Source of the DNA: Albidovulum sp.
GTDB lineage: Bacteria; Pseudomonadota; Alphaproteobacteria; Rhodobacterales; Rhodobacteraceae
DNA: 43,386 bases
Direction of reading: 5' to 3'
NCBI GenBank assembly: GCA_049670445.1
Contig: JBATTI010000162.1
Span: forward strand, 1 to 43,386
The notes under the pieces are model-generated. The model saw only the letters and a list, made by a program, of their open reading frames with translations, ran no database searches and was not told the DNA's origin. Shown here one piece after another: positions 20,444 through 30,496 of this stretch. The position numbers and the translations under genes are program-made. The stretch's first letter is position 1. Every line of letters starts with the position of its first letter.

Positions 20444-21393
20444 TCAGCGATGATCCCGCCCTGTTTGGACCAATCGGCAAACCAGGCACGGAACAGGGCA
20501 TATTGCTGTTCGCAGTAATTGCGCTGCGCGTCGGTCAGCATATCGGTTTCGTTGAAATGCAGGCGATATTCTTCTTCGCCGTTCAAAACCAGAAGGTATT
20601 TGTAATAAAGCACCAGATCGGTGCCTTCGTCAAAGCTGGCCAGAACGCCGAACGCCTCTTCAAGTTCAAGCGCGCGGCGGCGGGCTTCGGCGTGACCAAG
20701 GGCGGCTTTTTGCGACAGGGCTGCCAGCAGCAGTGCCGCTTTGGGCAGTGCGGTGCCGATACCGGTGATCGAACCGGTCGCGCCGCAGTTGACAAAGCCG
20801 TGGTAGACTTCGGTATCGACGCCGACCATCAGGGTCACCTGATCATCCTGGCTGGTGATATGTTCGGCCGCATAGCGCAGATCGTCCTTGCCGCCGAATT
20901 CCTTGAAGCCGATCAGGTTCTTATGCTCTGCGCGCAGTGCAAAGAAAAGATCGGCGCGGGTGGCAAAGCCATAGACCGGGCTGTTGTAGATGACCGCAGG
21001 CACATCGGGGGCGGCAGACAGGATCGCCTTGAAGTGGTTCTTTTGCGCGATGGCCGAAGACCCGCGCGACAGCACCCGCGGGATGACCATCAGCCCCGCA
21101 GCACCAACCTTTTGCGCATGAGCGGCAAGGGCCACGGCCGATTTCGTGTTGATGGCCCCGGTGCCCACGACGACCGGCAGGCCAGCTTTGACCAGCAGGG
21201 CCACGCCTTCCATACGCTCATCGTCGGTCAAAAGCGGCCAATCCCCCATCGATCCGCAATAGACCAACGCCGACATGCCCGCCGCGATCATTTCTTTGCC
21301 TTTTCTCACCAAAGCGTCGAAATCGGGGGTGCGGTCGGGCTTGCAGGGCGTCATCAGGGCCGGCATCGTGCCGAAAAAAACGTTGGTGGTCAT
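20434..21393 (-). CDS. hypD: Delta1-pyrroline-4-hydroxy-2-carboxylate deaminase (DHDPS family)
   Basis: PALMTP, YCGSMGDW, MVIPRVLSRG, IYNSP and GFKEFGG (Schiff-base Lys), typical of the Hyp-pathway DapA-like subfamily. Confidence 0.87.
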   Translation of the reverse strand: MTTNVFFGTMPALMTPCKPDRTPDFDALVRKGKEMIAAGMSALVYCGSMGDWPLLTDDERMEGVALLVKAGLPVVVGTGAINTKSAVALAAHAQKVGAAGLMVIPRVLSRGSSAIAQKNHFKAILSAAPDVPAVIYNSPVYGFATRADLFFALRAEHKNLIGFKEFGGKDDLRYAAEHITSQDDQVTLMVGVDTEVYHGFVNCGATGSITGIGTALPKAALLLAALSQKAALGHAEARRRALELEEAFGVLASFDEGTDLVLYYKYLLVLNGEEEYRLHFNETDMLTDAQRNYCEQQYALFRAWFADWSKQGGIIAECM

Positions 21394-21464
21394 CGGAAAC
21401 TCCATTCATTCGTATTGTTCTTCAGGCAGTCTTGGCACTTGTGCACAAACGGCCGGGGGCAAGG

Positions 21465-22187
21465 TCACCGCACTTTCGACAGAAATTTGCGGGTATGTTC
21501 GGATTGGGCATCGCCAAAGATCTGCGTGGGCGGGCCGATTTCTTCCATTACACCTTCGTGGAAATAGGCCACCCGGTCTGACACATCGCGCGCAAAGCCC
21601 ATCTCGTGGGTGACGCAGATCATTGTCATGCCTTCTTCGGCCAGAAGCCGCATGGTGTCCAGGACTTCCCCAACCAGCTCAGGATCCAACGCCGATGTTG
21701 CCTCATCGAACAACATATAGGTGGGTTCCATCGCCAGGGCGCGGGCAATGGCAAGACGTTGTTGCTGGCCACCAGACAGCGCGCTTGGATAGGCATTCAG
21801 CTTATCGCCCAATCCCACATGCTCAAGCTGCTTTGCAGCAATATCGCGCGCCTCGGCTTTGGATTTGCCTTTAACAATCTTCGGCGAAAGCGCCACGTTT
21901 TCCAGCGCGGTCAGATGCGGAAAGCTGTTCCATTGCTGAAACACCATACCCATTTTCTGGCGCAGTTTATTGACGTCGGTTCCCTTGGCGTGAACGTCCG
22001 TTCCGTCCACTGTCACCACGCCCTTCTGGATCGGTTCCAACGCGTTGATGCAGTAAAGCAGAGTGGATTTACCCGACCCCGATGCACCGATGACCGACAG
22101 GACCTCGCCCTTTTGAACGTCAAGGTCGATGCCTTTGAGAACGTGCAGAGACCCAAAATATTTGTGAAGATCACGAATGGAGATCAT
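21465..22187 (-). CDS. Polar amino acid ABC transporter ATP-binding protein
   Basis: GASGSGKS, LSGGQQQR, FDEATSALDPE; ATGA overlap with the upstream permease. Confidence 0.93.
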   Translation of the reverse strand: MISIRDLHKYFGSLHVLKGIDLDVQKGEVLSVIGASGSGKSTLLYCINALEPIQKGVVTVDGTDVHAKGTDVNKLRQKMGMVFQQWNSFPHLTALENVALSPKIVKGKSKAEARDIAAKQLEHVGLGDKLNAYPSALSGGQQQRLAIARALAMEPTYMLFDEATSALDPELVGEVLDTMRLLAEEGMTMICVTHEMGFARDVSDRVAYFHEGVMEEIGPPTQIFGDAQSEHTRKFLSKVR

Positions 22188-22846
22188 TGCACCCACCTTT
22201 TTTCAACTGACGCTGCATAGCGCGATATCGGATATGAGAGCGCAAAGTAGAACGCGCCAGCAAGTGTGAGGATCAAGAAGGGTTCTTGGGTCCGGGTGAT
22301 CAGGATCTGACTGGCCTTGAGTAGCTCGATATATCCAAGCACCGACACCAGCGCGCTGTCTTTCATCACGCCCAGCGCCACCCCGATCCAGGCTGGAAAC
22401 ACCGCGCGCCCGCCAATGGGAAAGACCACATGGCGCAGATCCTGCCAGTAGCTCATGCCAAGACTGCGCGCGGCACGGCGCATCGGTGTGCCCACAGCCT
22501 CTATCCCGCCACGGGCGACATTCGCCACCAACGCGGCAGTGTAGATCGTCAGGATCAGCACGCCAGATCCGAACGGATCAAGGTTCAGCCCGACAATCGG
22601 GGCGAAATTGTAAAACAGCACCAGTTGGATGATCAAAGGCACCGAACGGAACACATCGAGGATCGGGGCAATCGTCAGCGTGGCCACCAGTTTGCCCTCG
22701 TAAAGGAGCCAGCCAAACACCACCCCCAGCACCGTGCCAAGCGAGATCGACAGCACAGATATCCAAAGCGTGCGCAAAGCGGCTTCGCCCAGAAACCACA
22801 GGTCATTGGGGGTGAAGCTGCTGAAAAAACTGATTGTGGGTTCCAT
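22184..22846 (-). CDS. Polar amino acid ABC transporter permease
   Basis: FRSVPLIIQL, AARSLGM, MKDSALVS. Confidence 0.92.
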   Translation of the reverse strand: MEPTISFFSSFTPNDLWFLGEAALRTLWISVLSISLGTVLGVVFGWLLYEGKLVATLTIAPILDVFRSVPLIIQLVLFYNFAPIVGLNLDPFGSGVLILTIYTAALVANVARGGIEAVGTPMRRAARSLGMSYWQDLRHVVFPIGGRAVFPAWIGVALGVMKDSALVSVLGYIELLKASQILITRTQEPFLILTLAGAFYFALSYPISRYAASVEKRWVQ

Positions 22847-22856
22847 ATCCCTGCCC

Positions 22857-23519
22857 TCAATACCGAAAGAGCCGGGTCGCCAGAAGGCGAGAGGCCAGAA
22901 GGATGACCTTGACGATCACATAGTAAATCACTGCCGTGACGGCGAAATATTCAAAGATGCGAAAGGTCCGGCTGGCAAAGAACTGCGTCTCGCCGCTGAG
23001 TTCACGAAAGCCGACCAACATGCCCAGCGACGACATCAGCACGGCCCAGACCATCTGATTGGTCATCGGGTGATAGACGATGCGAAACACCTGCGGGATG
23101 ATGATGCGCGTATAGGCTTGCCAGGCGGTCATGCCCAAACTGCGCGAGGCGCGAAGCTGGGTGTCAGGGACGGCCTGAAAGCCACCGCGGAAATTCTCGG
23201 CCAGATAGCCGGCGCAATTGAAACTCAACGCAGCCAGAACAATCATATAGGGCGACAGATGCAGACCGAACGCGCCAAGGCCAAAGCCGAAGAAGAAAAG
23301 CTGAAAGAGCGCGGGCGTATTGCGTGCCAGTTCGACCCAGGCGGTGGCGAACCACAGCAATGGGCCCCGCTTGTGCATCCGGATCAGTGCCAGACACAGC
23401 CCGATCACAATCCCGATCAGCATCGACAGAACCGCCACCTGAAGCGTCAGGCTGGCAGCCCCGACCAGATCCGGCAGGCTTTTGAGAACCGGGCGCCAAT
23501 GAAAATTGTAGTCGAACAT
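22857..23519 (-). CDS. Polar amino acid ABC transporter permease
   Basis: ARNTPALFQL, AENFRGG, ASRSLGM. Confidence 0.92.
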   Translation of the reverse strand: MFDYNFHWRPVLKSLPDLVGAASLTLQVAVLSMLIGIVIGLCLALIRMHKRGPLLWFATAWVELARNTPALFQLFFFGFGLGAFGLHLSPYMIVLAALSFNCAGYLAENFRGGFQAVPDTQLRASRSLGMTAWQAYTRIIIPQVFRIVYHPMTNQMVWAVLMSSLGMLVGFRELSGETQFFASRTFRIFEYFAVTAVIYYVIVKVILLASRLLATRLFRY

Positions 23520-23534
23520 GTTGCGTGCTCCCGC

Positions 23535-23562
23535 GCCTCTGCCCGACCTTGCGGGCAGAGGC
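23535..23562 (-). terminator. Intercistronic stem-loop after the SBP gene
   Basis: GCCTCTGCCCG-N6-CGGGCAGAGGC, a perfect 11-bp stem. Confidence 0.6.
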
Positions 23563-23579
23563 CGTGTTTCAGCCTGCGA

Positions 23580-24380
23580 TCAGTACATAACGCCCGGGAT
23601 GCGCAATTCGGGGGCATCGCCGCCGACATATTTGCCCCAAAGCTCCTGATAGCGACCCGAACGCACCTGATGGGTGACAAAGAGGTTCAGGTAGTTCAGC
23701 CACGTCACATCTTCGCGCTTGGCGACAACCGATGTGTAATCGGTGGTCCAAGGCATTCGCGGCCCTGCCAGAATGGTGTCATACTGCTGGGTGATCGGCA
23801 AAACGGCGGTGTTGGTGGTGATACCGATATCAGCCTTGCCCTGCGCCACGGCCAAAAACACTTCGTTTTCCGACTGATAGCCTTGGTAGTTGCCTTCCTC
23901 GCCCCATTCGGCTGCGATTTTCAGCCATTCCTGTTCCGGCACGGTGCCGATGGCCGCCGCGACGCGCTTGCCGCGGATATCCTCAAGGCTTTGTATGCCG
24001 CTCTCGGCGTTCACCACGCCTTGCGCGTAATAAATTGCGTAAGGGATCGTGAAGCCCACGGTACGGGCCCGCGCCAGACTGTCTGACGTGGCGCCAAAGA
24101 CCACGTCGGCACGACCGGTCACGATAACGGGCAGACGCTCTGCCCAGGTCAGCGGCAGGATTTCAGCCGTTACTTCGAGCGAGGCTGCAAGATCATTGCA
24201 ATATTCAACATCGAAACCCGCAGGTTCGTTGTTGGCATCGCGGTAGCCAATTGGCGGAAAGTCCAGAACGACCCCACAGCGCAGCGTGCCGCGGTCAATG
24301 ACATCGTCCAGTGTATCGGCGATGGCGGGTGAGGTGAAACATGCCGCAACCGCTGCGACCGCGAAGAGATTCTTTATCAT
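23580..24380 (-). CDS. Amino acid (hydroxyproline) ABC transporter substrate-binding protein
   Basis: Sec signal peptide, GTLRCG...FPPIGY...GFDVE (family-3 SBP); first gene of the Hyp operon. Confidence 0.9.
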   Translation of the reverse strand: MIKNLFAVAAVAACFTSPAIADTLDDVIDRGTLRCGVVLDFPPIGYRDANNEPAGFDVEYCNDLAASLEVTAEILPLTWAERLPVIVTGRADVVFGATSDSLARARTVGFTIPYAIYYAQGVVNAESGIQSLEDIRGKRVAAAIGTVPEQEWLKIAAEWGEEGNYQGYQSENEVFLAVAQGKADIGITTNTAVLPITQQYDTILAGPRMPWTTDYTSVVAKREDVTWLNYLNLFVTHQVRSGRYQELWGKYVGGDAPELRIPGVMY

Positions 24381-24413
24381 TTATTCCTCCCAAAATTCTG
24401 ATGATGGCCTGCA

Positions 24414-24439
24414 GTATCGGATATTGGATACAAAATCCA
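24414..24439. promoter_or_regulatory. Candidate GntR (HypR) operator(s) upstream of the Hyp operon
   Basis: GTATCGGATATTGGATACAAAATCCA. The core TGGATACAAAATCCA reverse-complements to TGGATTTTGTATCCA, nearly identical to the 15110 site. Confidence 0.65.
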
Positions 24440-24590
24440 GCAAAATCTCTTCTTCCCTGCTGGCCATTGGCCCGCCCGCTCTGTGTGATGTTGGCAAAAT
24501 GTGCCGCGCCCAAACCAAGCGGTTTAAAAGGCCGGGACTTTCACAAAAAACCCGTCAACCAGACAAGCCGCCGACCACGGGCGCAATCCC

Positions 24591-24617
24591 CCGAAACCGG
24601 CGGAAAGCCGGTTTCGG
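24591..24617 (-). terminator. Stem-loop downstream of icd (probable terminator)
   Basis: CCGAAACCGGC-GGAAA-GCCGGTTTCGG, a perfect 11-bp stem; no clear U-tract. Confidence 0.55.
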
Positions 24618-24715
24618 ATCGTGAGATGAATGATCAGAACGAATATCCGCCACGATGCCGTGGGCGCATATTTTGGCAAGGCGTCGGTCGGAAAATGTCC
24701 CCATAGCGTTTCGCG

Positions 24716-26944
24716 TCAGCCCGCCGCAAGTATCCGGTTCAGCGTCTTGGACGGCGCCATCACCCCTAAGGTTTTTTCGGGGTCGGTGTGATAATAGCCA
24801 CCAAGGTCTGCGGCCGTTCCGCGATCCTTGCGCAATTCGCTGGTAATTTGTGCCTCATGGCTTGCAAGCGCTTCGGCGATCGGGGCGAAGTGATTGGCAA
24901 GCGCGGCGTCACCGGTCTGTGCGGCAAGCGCCTGCGCCCAGTATAGCGCAAAGTAAAAGTGGCTATCGCGGTTGTCGGGCTGTCCGACTTTGCGTCCGGG
25001 CGATTTATTGTGGTCAAGAATGCCTTGCGTTGCCGCATCGACAGCCGCCCCCAGGATCGTGGCTTTTTCATTGCGATTGACCCGGCCATAATACTTCAGG
25101 CTCTCGCCAAGCGCACAAAACTCGCCCAAGGAATCCCACCGCAGGTGATTTGCCTCGGCCAGCTGCTGAACATGCTTGGGGGCCGATCCGCCCGCGCCGG
25201 TTTCAAACAACCCGCCACCGTTCATCAATTTGACGATCGACAACATCTTGGCCGAGGTGCCCAATTCAAGGATCGGGAAAAGATCGGTCAGATAATCGCG
25301 CAGCACGTTGCCGGTGACCGCAATCGTGTTCTGGCCGCGCCGGATCGTCTCGAAGGACACATGCGTGGCTTCGCGCGGGGCCATGATCTTGAACTTCTCT
25401 GCCACGCCGGCCGCAGCCAACAAGGGGCGCACCAGCTTGATCAACGCAGCATCATGGGCGCGGGTCTCGTCCAGCCAGAAGATCGCATCGCAGCCTTCGG
25501 CCTTTTGACGCTCAATCGCCAGCTGGACCCAGTTTTCAATGGGCGCCATTCTGGTGCTGGCCGCGCGCCAGATATCGCCCGCCTCAACCACGTGTTGATG
25601 CAGCACATCGCCATTGGCCGCGATCATGCGCACGGTTCCGGCGGCTGCGATTTCAAAGGTTGTCGGGTGTGACCCGTATTCTTCGGCTTTCTGGGCCATC
25701 AGACCGACATTTTGCACCGTGCCTGCCGACGTCGGATCAAGCGCCCCGGAAGCTTTGCAATTTGCAATCGCCTCGTCATAGACCGCAGCGTAGGAACTGT
25801 CGGGAATGATGCAATTGGCGTCCCACTCCTTGCCATCCGGCCCCCAGCCCTTGCCCCCTGCCCGGATCAGCGCAGGCATGGAGGCGTCGATGATCACATC
25901 CGACGGCACATGCAGGTTCGAGATGCCCTTGTCGGAATTCACCATGTAAAGCGGCGGACGCTTTGCGATCAGCGCGTCAATCTCGGCCCGGATCGCCGCA
26001 CCTTCCGGCATCGCCTCAAGGGCTGCAAACATCGCACCCAACCCGGAATTCGGATCAATGCCGCCAGCTTGCAGGGTCGCGGCATGTTTCACGAACACGG
26101 GCTTCAAAAACGCGGTGACGGCATGACCGAACAAGATCGGATCGGAAACCTTCATCATCGTCGCTTTCAGATGCAGCGAAAACAGCGTGCCGTCACGCTT
26201 GGTTTCCTCGATCTGCCGGATCAGGAACGCGCCAAGCGCCCGGGCGGACATGAATGTCGCATCCACCACTGTCCCGGCGGCAAAATTGACGCCGCCTTTC
26301 AAAACCGTAACCTTGCCACCCGCCGCCACATGCTCGATCCGCGCCGCGCCCGCCTGTGCCTCGCTCAGCGTCACCGTGGTTTCATTTGACCGAAAATCGC
26401 CTGCGGTCATGGTTGATACACGCGTCTTGCTGTCAGCGGACCATTGGCCCATCGAATGCGGATTGGCCATCGCATATTTCTTGACCGCTACGGCGGCGCG
26501 GCGGTCAGAGTTGCCTTCCCTCAGGACCGGGTTCACAGCCGAGCCCTTGATCGCGTCATAACGCTTGCGGGCTTGCCGTTCGGCGTCAGAGCCGGGCTCT
26601 TCGGGATAGTCGGGCAAATCGTAGCCTTGCGACTGCAATTCCCTGATCGCGGCGACAAGCTGGGGGGCCGAGGCCGAGATATTGGGAAGCTTGATGACAT
26701 TGGCGCCGGGCTGCTTGACCAGCTCGCCCAACTCGGCCAGATCATCGGGCTGGCGCTGTGCTTCGGTCAGGCCTTCGGGGAAGGCCGCAATGATGCGCCC
26801 GGCAAGTGAGATGTCCTTGACACCAACCGAAATCCCCGCCGCCCTTGCAAAGGTCCGAATGATCGGCAGCAGCGACGCCGAGGCAAGCTGCGGTGCTTCA
26901 TCGACCTTGGTGTAAATGATGTCCGGGGTTTTGCGACCAGTCAT
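24716..26944 (-). CDS. icd: Monomeric NADP-dependent isocitrate dehydrogenase
   Basis: [60 protein letters not shown]; about 742 aa from MTGRK. Confidence 0.95.
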   Translation of the reverse strand: MTGRKTPDIIYTKVDEAPQLASASLLPIIRTFARAAGISVGVKDISLAGRIIAAFPEGLTEAQRQPDDLAELGELVKQPGANVIKLPNISASAPQLVAAIRELQSQGYDLPDYPEEPGSDAERQARKRYDAIKGSAVNPVLREGNSDRRAAVAVKKYAMANPHSMGQWSADSKTRVSTMTAGDFRSNETTVTLSEAQAGAARIEHVAAGGKVTVLKGGVNFAAGTVVDATFMSARALGAFLIRQIEETKRDGTLFSLHLKATMMKVSDPILFGHAVTAFLKPVFVKHAATLQAGGIDPNSGLGAMFAALEAMPEGAAIRAEIDALIAKRPPLYMVNSDKGISNLHVPSDVIIDASMPALIRAGGKGWGPDGKEWDANCIIPDSSYAAVYDEAIANCKASGALDPTSAGTVQNVGLMAQKAEEYGSHPTTFEIAAAGTVRMIAANGDVLHQHVVEAGDIWRAASTRMAPIENWVQLAIERQKAEGCDAIFWLDETRAHDAALIKLVRPLLAAAGVAEKFKIMAPREATHVSFETIRRGQNTIAVTGNVLRDYLTDLFPILELGTSAKMLSIVKLMNGGGLFETGAGGSAPKHVQQLAEANHLRWDSLGEFCALGESLKYYGRVNRNEKATILGAAVDAATQGILDHNKSPGRKVGQPDNRDSHFYFALYWAQALAAQTGDAALANHFAPIAEALASHEAQITSELRKDRGTAADLGGYYHTDPEKTLGVMAPSKTLNRILAAG

Positions 26945-27044
26945 GTTCAGGCACCTTTCCGTGGTTGTCTGTCCCGTATCCAAACCGGCCTTCAAAGTCC
27001 ACTTTGTAATCGCAACAATTGGTAAATACCGGGCCGATGCCCGC

Positions 27045-27797
27045 TCATCTCTTGGCGGCGTAATAGGCGATCCGGCGCTCCAGATAGGCCAGAAACTCTG
27101 ATATCGTGAAGGCCAGTGCAAACAGCACGATCAGCACCGCCCAGAAGTGCGACATCAGGAAGTTGGCTGAATAAAGCTCGAACAAGGCGCCAAAGCCCAC
27201 GATGGAAATCAACAGCTGGCCAATGATCACGCCCTTCACAGCCCGGATAATGCCAATGCGGACGCCCCCCAGGATTTCCGGCAGCGCCGCCCAGAAGTAG
27301 ATCTTGAAAAACGCATCCAGCGGCGAGGCTCCGAAACTATGGGCCATCTCGACCAGAGAGCGGTTGATCTGTTTCACCCCGGCGCGCGCGTTCAGAATGA
27401 TGATCCAGATCGCAAAAAGCGTGGTGGTGATGATGATCGACTTCATGCCAAAGCCGAACAACACCATCAGCACAGGCACCAGCGCCGTCAGCGGAGCACT
27501 TAGAAATACGTTGACCCAAGGCAAAAGTATTTCGTCCAGCAAACGGTTCTTGCCCATCAAGATCCCGACCGGGATCCCGATTACAATCGCAAAGAACACA
27601 CCGGCGCCAAAGGCATAACCCGTCTCTGCCAGCGCTTTTTGGAACGCCGCGGTGCCGATCACCTCATAAAGGGTCGCAAGGACTTTGGACAATGGCGGCA
27701 CGAAGAAGGTCAGCTTTAGCTGGCCGACGATTTCCCACAACAGCCCCCAGACCAAAAGCGACGACATGGCGGGCAATCGGTATCCAAAAACGATCAT
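27045..27797 (-). CDS. NitT/TauT-family ABC transporter permease
   Basis: [23 protein letters not shown] loop, [13 protein letters not shown]. Confidence 0.9.
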   Translation of the reverse strand: MIVFGYRLPAMSSLLVWGLLWEIVGQLKLTFFVPPLSKVLATLYEVIGTAAFQKALAETGYAFGAGVFFAIVIGIPVGILMGKNRLLDEILLPWVNVFLSAPLTALVPVLMVLFGFGMKSIIITTTLFAIWIIILNARAGVKQINRSLVEMAHSFGASPLDAFFKIYFWAALPEILGGVRIGIIRAVKGVIIGQLLISIVGFGALFELYSANFLMSHFWAVLIVLFALAFTISEFLAYLERRIAYYAAKR

Positions 27798-27806
27798 TGC
27801 GCCCCC

Positions 27807-28607
27807 CTATTCCACATATGTCCGCAACGAGGCCCAGATATCATCAACGATGTCGAGGTATTCGGAATCGCGCCGGATATTGTCGACACCCTTGGCGCGG
27901 AAATTGCTGGGCCTGATGATTTCATGCACCCGGCTTGGTCGCGGCAACAAAATCGCGATCTGGTCAGAGACATAGACCGCCTCTTCGATCGAATGGGTCA
28001 CGAAGATGAATGTCTTGTTCTCGTTTTGCACCAGCGACAGCAAATCTTCCTGAAACTTGCGGCGCGTCTGTTCATCAACCGCCGAAAACGGCTCGTCCAT
28101 CAGCAAGACCTGCGCATCAACCGACAATGCGCGCGCAAGGCCCACACGCTGGCGCATACCGCCGGACAGCTCATGCGGGTAGCTTTGCTCAAAACCCGCA
28201 AGGCCAACCTCTTTGATGTATTTCGCGGCAATGTCTTCACGCTCGGATGCCGCAACGCCGCGCATCTCCAGCCCGAAGGCCACATTGCGGATCACCGTGG
28301 CCCAGGGCAGCAGCGCAAAATCCTGAAAGACAAAGGCGCGGTCCGGGCCGGGGCCGGTGACCTTCCTGCCATTGACCTCAACCTCCCCCGAAGTCGGTTC
28401 CAACAGCCCCGCGATGATCTTGAGCAAGGTCGTCTTGCCGCAGCCCGATGGCCCCAGCAGCGAGGTAAGCTGGCCGCGTGGAAATTCCAGCGACAGGTTT
28501 TGCAACGCCTCCACATCCCCGTAGTTTTTGGAGATGTTCCGCGCGGACACCGCGCTGTCAGAGACAGCAGTTGTCGCCGCGCCAGCGGCCAGATCAGTCG
28601 GAGACAT
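27807..28607 (-). CDS. NitT/TauT-family ABC transporter ATP-binding protein
   Basis: GPSGCGKT, VFQDFALLPW, LSGGMRQR, MDEPFSA, VTHSIEEAV, PRPSRV. Confidence 0.93.
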   Translation of the reverse strand: MSPTDLAAGAATTAVSDSAVSARNISKNYGDVEALQNLSLEFPRGQLTSLLGPSGCGKTTLLKIIAGLLEPTSGEVEVNGRKVTGPGPDRAFVFQDFALLPWATVIRNVAFGLEMRGVAASEREDIAAKYIKEVGLAGFEQSYPHELSGGMRQRVGLARALSVDAQVLLMDEPFSAVDEQTRRKFQEDLLSLVQNENKTFIFVTHSIEEAVYVSDQIAILLPRPSRVHEIIRPSNFRAKGVDNIRRDSEYLDIVDDIWASLRTYVE

Positions 28608-29355
28608 AACCACGTTGATTTCCTTTGAACAAAACAGCCTCAAGTTTTTCGAGCAGATTCAGGAACAAAACCGCCAGCACGATGATCGAAAAGATCGCCG
28701 CATACATGCTGGGATAGTCAGCGATGGACCGGCTGTAGGTGATGATATCGCCAACCCCGGTGGGGGTGATCTTCAGTTCGGCAAGGATCGCCCCGATGAA
28801 CCCCGCAGACACCCCCAGACGCAGACCGGCAAAGATCACCGGTGATGCGGCGGGAATGATGATCTTGAGCATGATCGACATGTCCGAGGCCAGAAACGAC
28901 TTGCCCATTTCCTTGATCGATTCAGGCGTGTTACGCACGGCACTGCTGGTGTTCAGCACAATCACCGGCATCGCCATGATGCACACCACCATGACCTTGG
29001 ACGTAAGACCAATGCCGTAGGCCAGCACCAGCAGCGGAATAAGCGCGGCCAATGGTGCGGCCTGCATCACGATGAAGATTGGCGAAAACAGCCAATCAAA
29101 GAAATTGTTCAACCCGACCCAAAGACCAATGGCGATGCCCAGCACCGCCGATATGGCAATACCCACGACCAATGGCTGCAAGGTTTCGCCGTAAGCCTCA
29201 AAAATGCTGCCATCCCGCGTCATCCGGACAAGGGCGCCCATGGATTCCAAAAAGGTCGGAAAGGCGAAACTCACCGGGATACGGCCCGCAACCTCCCAGG
29301 CTCCGAACAAGAACACGGCGGAAAGGAGCTTTAGCAGAAGCGCTCGGTTCAGCAT
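28594..29355 (-). CDS. NitT/TauT-family ABC transporter permease
   Basis: AWEVAG, APLAALIPL, EMGKSFLAS, IFAGLRLG. Confidence 0.9.
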   Translation of the reverse strand: MLNRALLLKLLSAVFLFGAWEVAGRIPVSFAFPTFLESMGALVRMTRDGSIFEAYGETLQPLVVGIAISAVLGIAIGLWVGLNNFFDWLFSPIFIVMQAAPLAALIPLLVLAYGIGLTSKVMVVCIMAMPVIVLNTSSAVRNTPESIKEMGKSFLASDMSIMLKIIIPAASPVIFAGLRLGVSAGFIGAILAELKITPTGVGDIITYSRSIADYPSMYAAIFSIIVLAVLFLNLLEKLEAVLFKGNQRGYVSD

Positions 29356-29394
29356 CTGGGAAACCCCGTTTTGTCGCGGCAAGAATGCGCCGCC

Positions 29395-29412
29395 GCGCCC
29401 GGATCCGGGCGC
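29395..29412. terminator. Palindrome/stem-loop after the SBP gene
   Basis: Perfect 18-bp palindrome GCGCCCGGATCCGGGCGC, 20 nt past the SBP stop. Confidence 0.55.
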
Positions 29413-29432
29413 AGCAGCCCTGTGGCATCAGA

Positions 29433-30410
29433 TCACTTCGCAGCCGCATCCAACGGTGCAAGGTACCAGAAATCCTCGATGTTCAGCGTGCTCGCATCTC
29501 CTTCGAGTTGCCCAGCGGCAGAATACCATTCCATATCCGCCATGGCCGCCTTGCGACCGCCACCGTTCGGATCATAAAGACCACCCGCGACAGCATCGGT
29601 GTAGAAGCCATCAAGTTCGTCCAGGATCTCTTGCGGCAACTGGCCGATGGGTCCGTCGGGATTGGTCTCGCGGCGGATGATGGTCGGATCGTCAAGCATA
29701 TCTTGCCAGACCCCCACCAGGGCCTTGACGAAGATATCGACCTGATCCTGATTTTCCTGAATCCACGTCAGATTGCCAAACAGGGCCTCGTCACTTGCAT
29801 CGACGTCAAACATCTCCAACACGTTGAAATCGCCTGCAGCTTCGCTGCGCATCAGCTTGTTCTTGTTGGACAAATCAATGATCGTCGCATCCGCGCGCCC
29901 ACCAAGAAGCGCCGCCACCCGGTTCGAGGATCCGGGCACATAGGACCGTTCGCCGAATGTGATGCCCACACGTTCCTCGATCACATTCGCAATCGAATCC
30001 GTGCCACCGCCACGCGAATGCAGCAAGATCGGTTCGCCGTTCAGATCTTCAAGACTGTCGTATTTCTTGGTCGTGACCGGAAAAAACTTGAGCTTTGAGA
30101 GCTGGAACACAATCCGCAGCGGGGCTTTGGAACGCTGCATCGCCGCATAGGGCGTGCCAAAACCAATATCCATCTGACCGCTCAGAACCGCCTGAATGGC
30201 CAGTTCCTCATCCGAAAATGCCGTCCATTCGTAATCAAGCCCATTTGCTTTCGCGCGGTCCAATGCGACGAAAAATGCCGCCAGCTCGTCCGATGGGGTT
30301 TCCGCCAGCGCGATGCGGATGGGGTCCGCTTGCGCGGTTGTGACCATCAAGCCAAGGGCCAGTGGTACGGCTGTTACAAGTGCAGCCAGCTTGCCAAATA
30401 AGATTTTCAT
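29433..30410 (-). CDS. NitT/TauT-family (NMT1/SsuA-like) substrate-binding protein
   Basis: Sec signal ending AQA, IQAVLSGQMDIG, RVAALLGGRADA; GGAGG RBS before MKILFG. Confidence 0.88.
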   Translation of the reverse strand: MKILFGKLAALVTAVPLALGLMVTTAQADPIRIALAETPSDELAAFFVALDRAKANGLDYEWTAFSDEELAIQAVLSGQMDIGFGTPYAAMQRSKAPLRIVFQLSKLKFFPVTTKKYDSLEDLNGEPILLHSRGGGTDSIANVIEERVGITFGERSYVPGSSNRVAALLGGRADATIIDLSNKNKLMRSEAAGDFNVLEMFDVDASDEALFGNLTWIQENQDQVDIFVKALVGVWQDMLDDPTIIRRETNPDGPIGQLPQEILDELDGFYTDAVAGGLYDPNGGGRKAAMADMEWYSAAGQLEGDASTLNIEDFWYLAPLDAAAK

Positions 30411-30496
30411 CTGTCTCCTCCCTGAGAACATTTCTTTCTGTCTTAAGATCAAGCGTCGGCTTTGCGCCTTGTGTGTCGATCCTTTTTGCTCTGCCG

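Noticed and set aside
20158..24086. Long plus-strand ORFs (20158-21567, 469 aa; 22734-24086, 450 aa) and similar ones such as 512-1552, 1654-2769, 6340-7536 and 17058-18224
   Set aside because: Antisense shadows of well-supported genes, expected with high-GC codon bias; no recognisable motifs.
26945..27121. N-terminal extensions in the ORF track (icd from 27121; also starts at 4947, 17143, 36861, 39030, 41146)
   Set aside because: They overlap upstream genes and precede the conserved family N-termini; starts were moved to downstream ATGs with an RBS or stop-start coupling.
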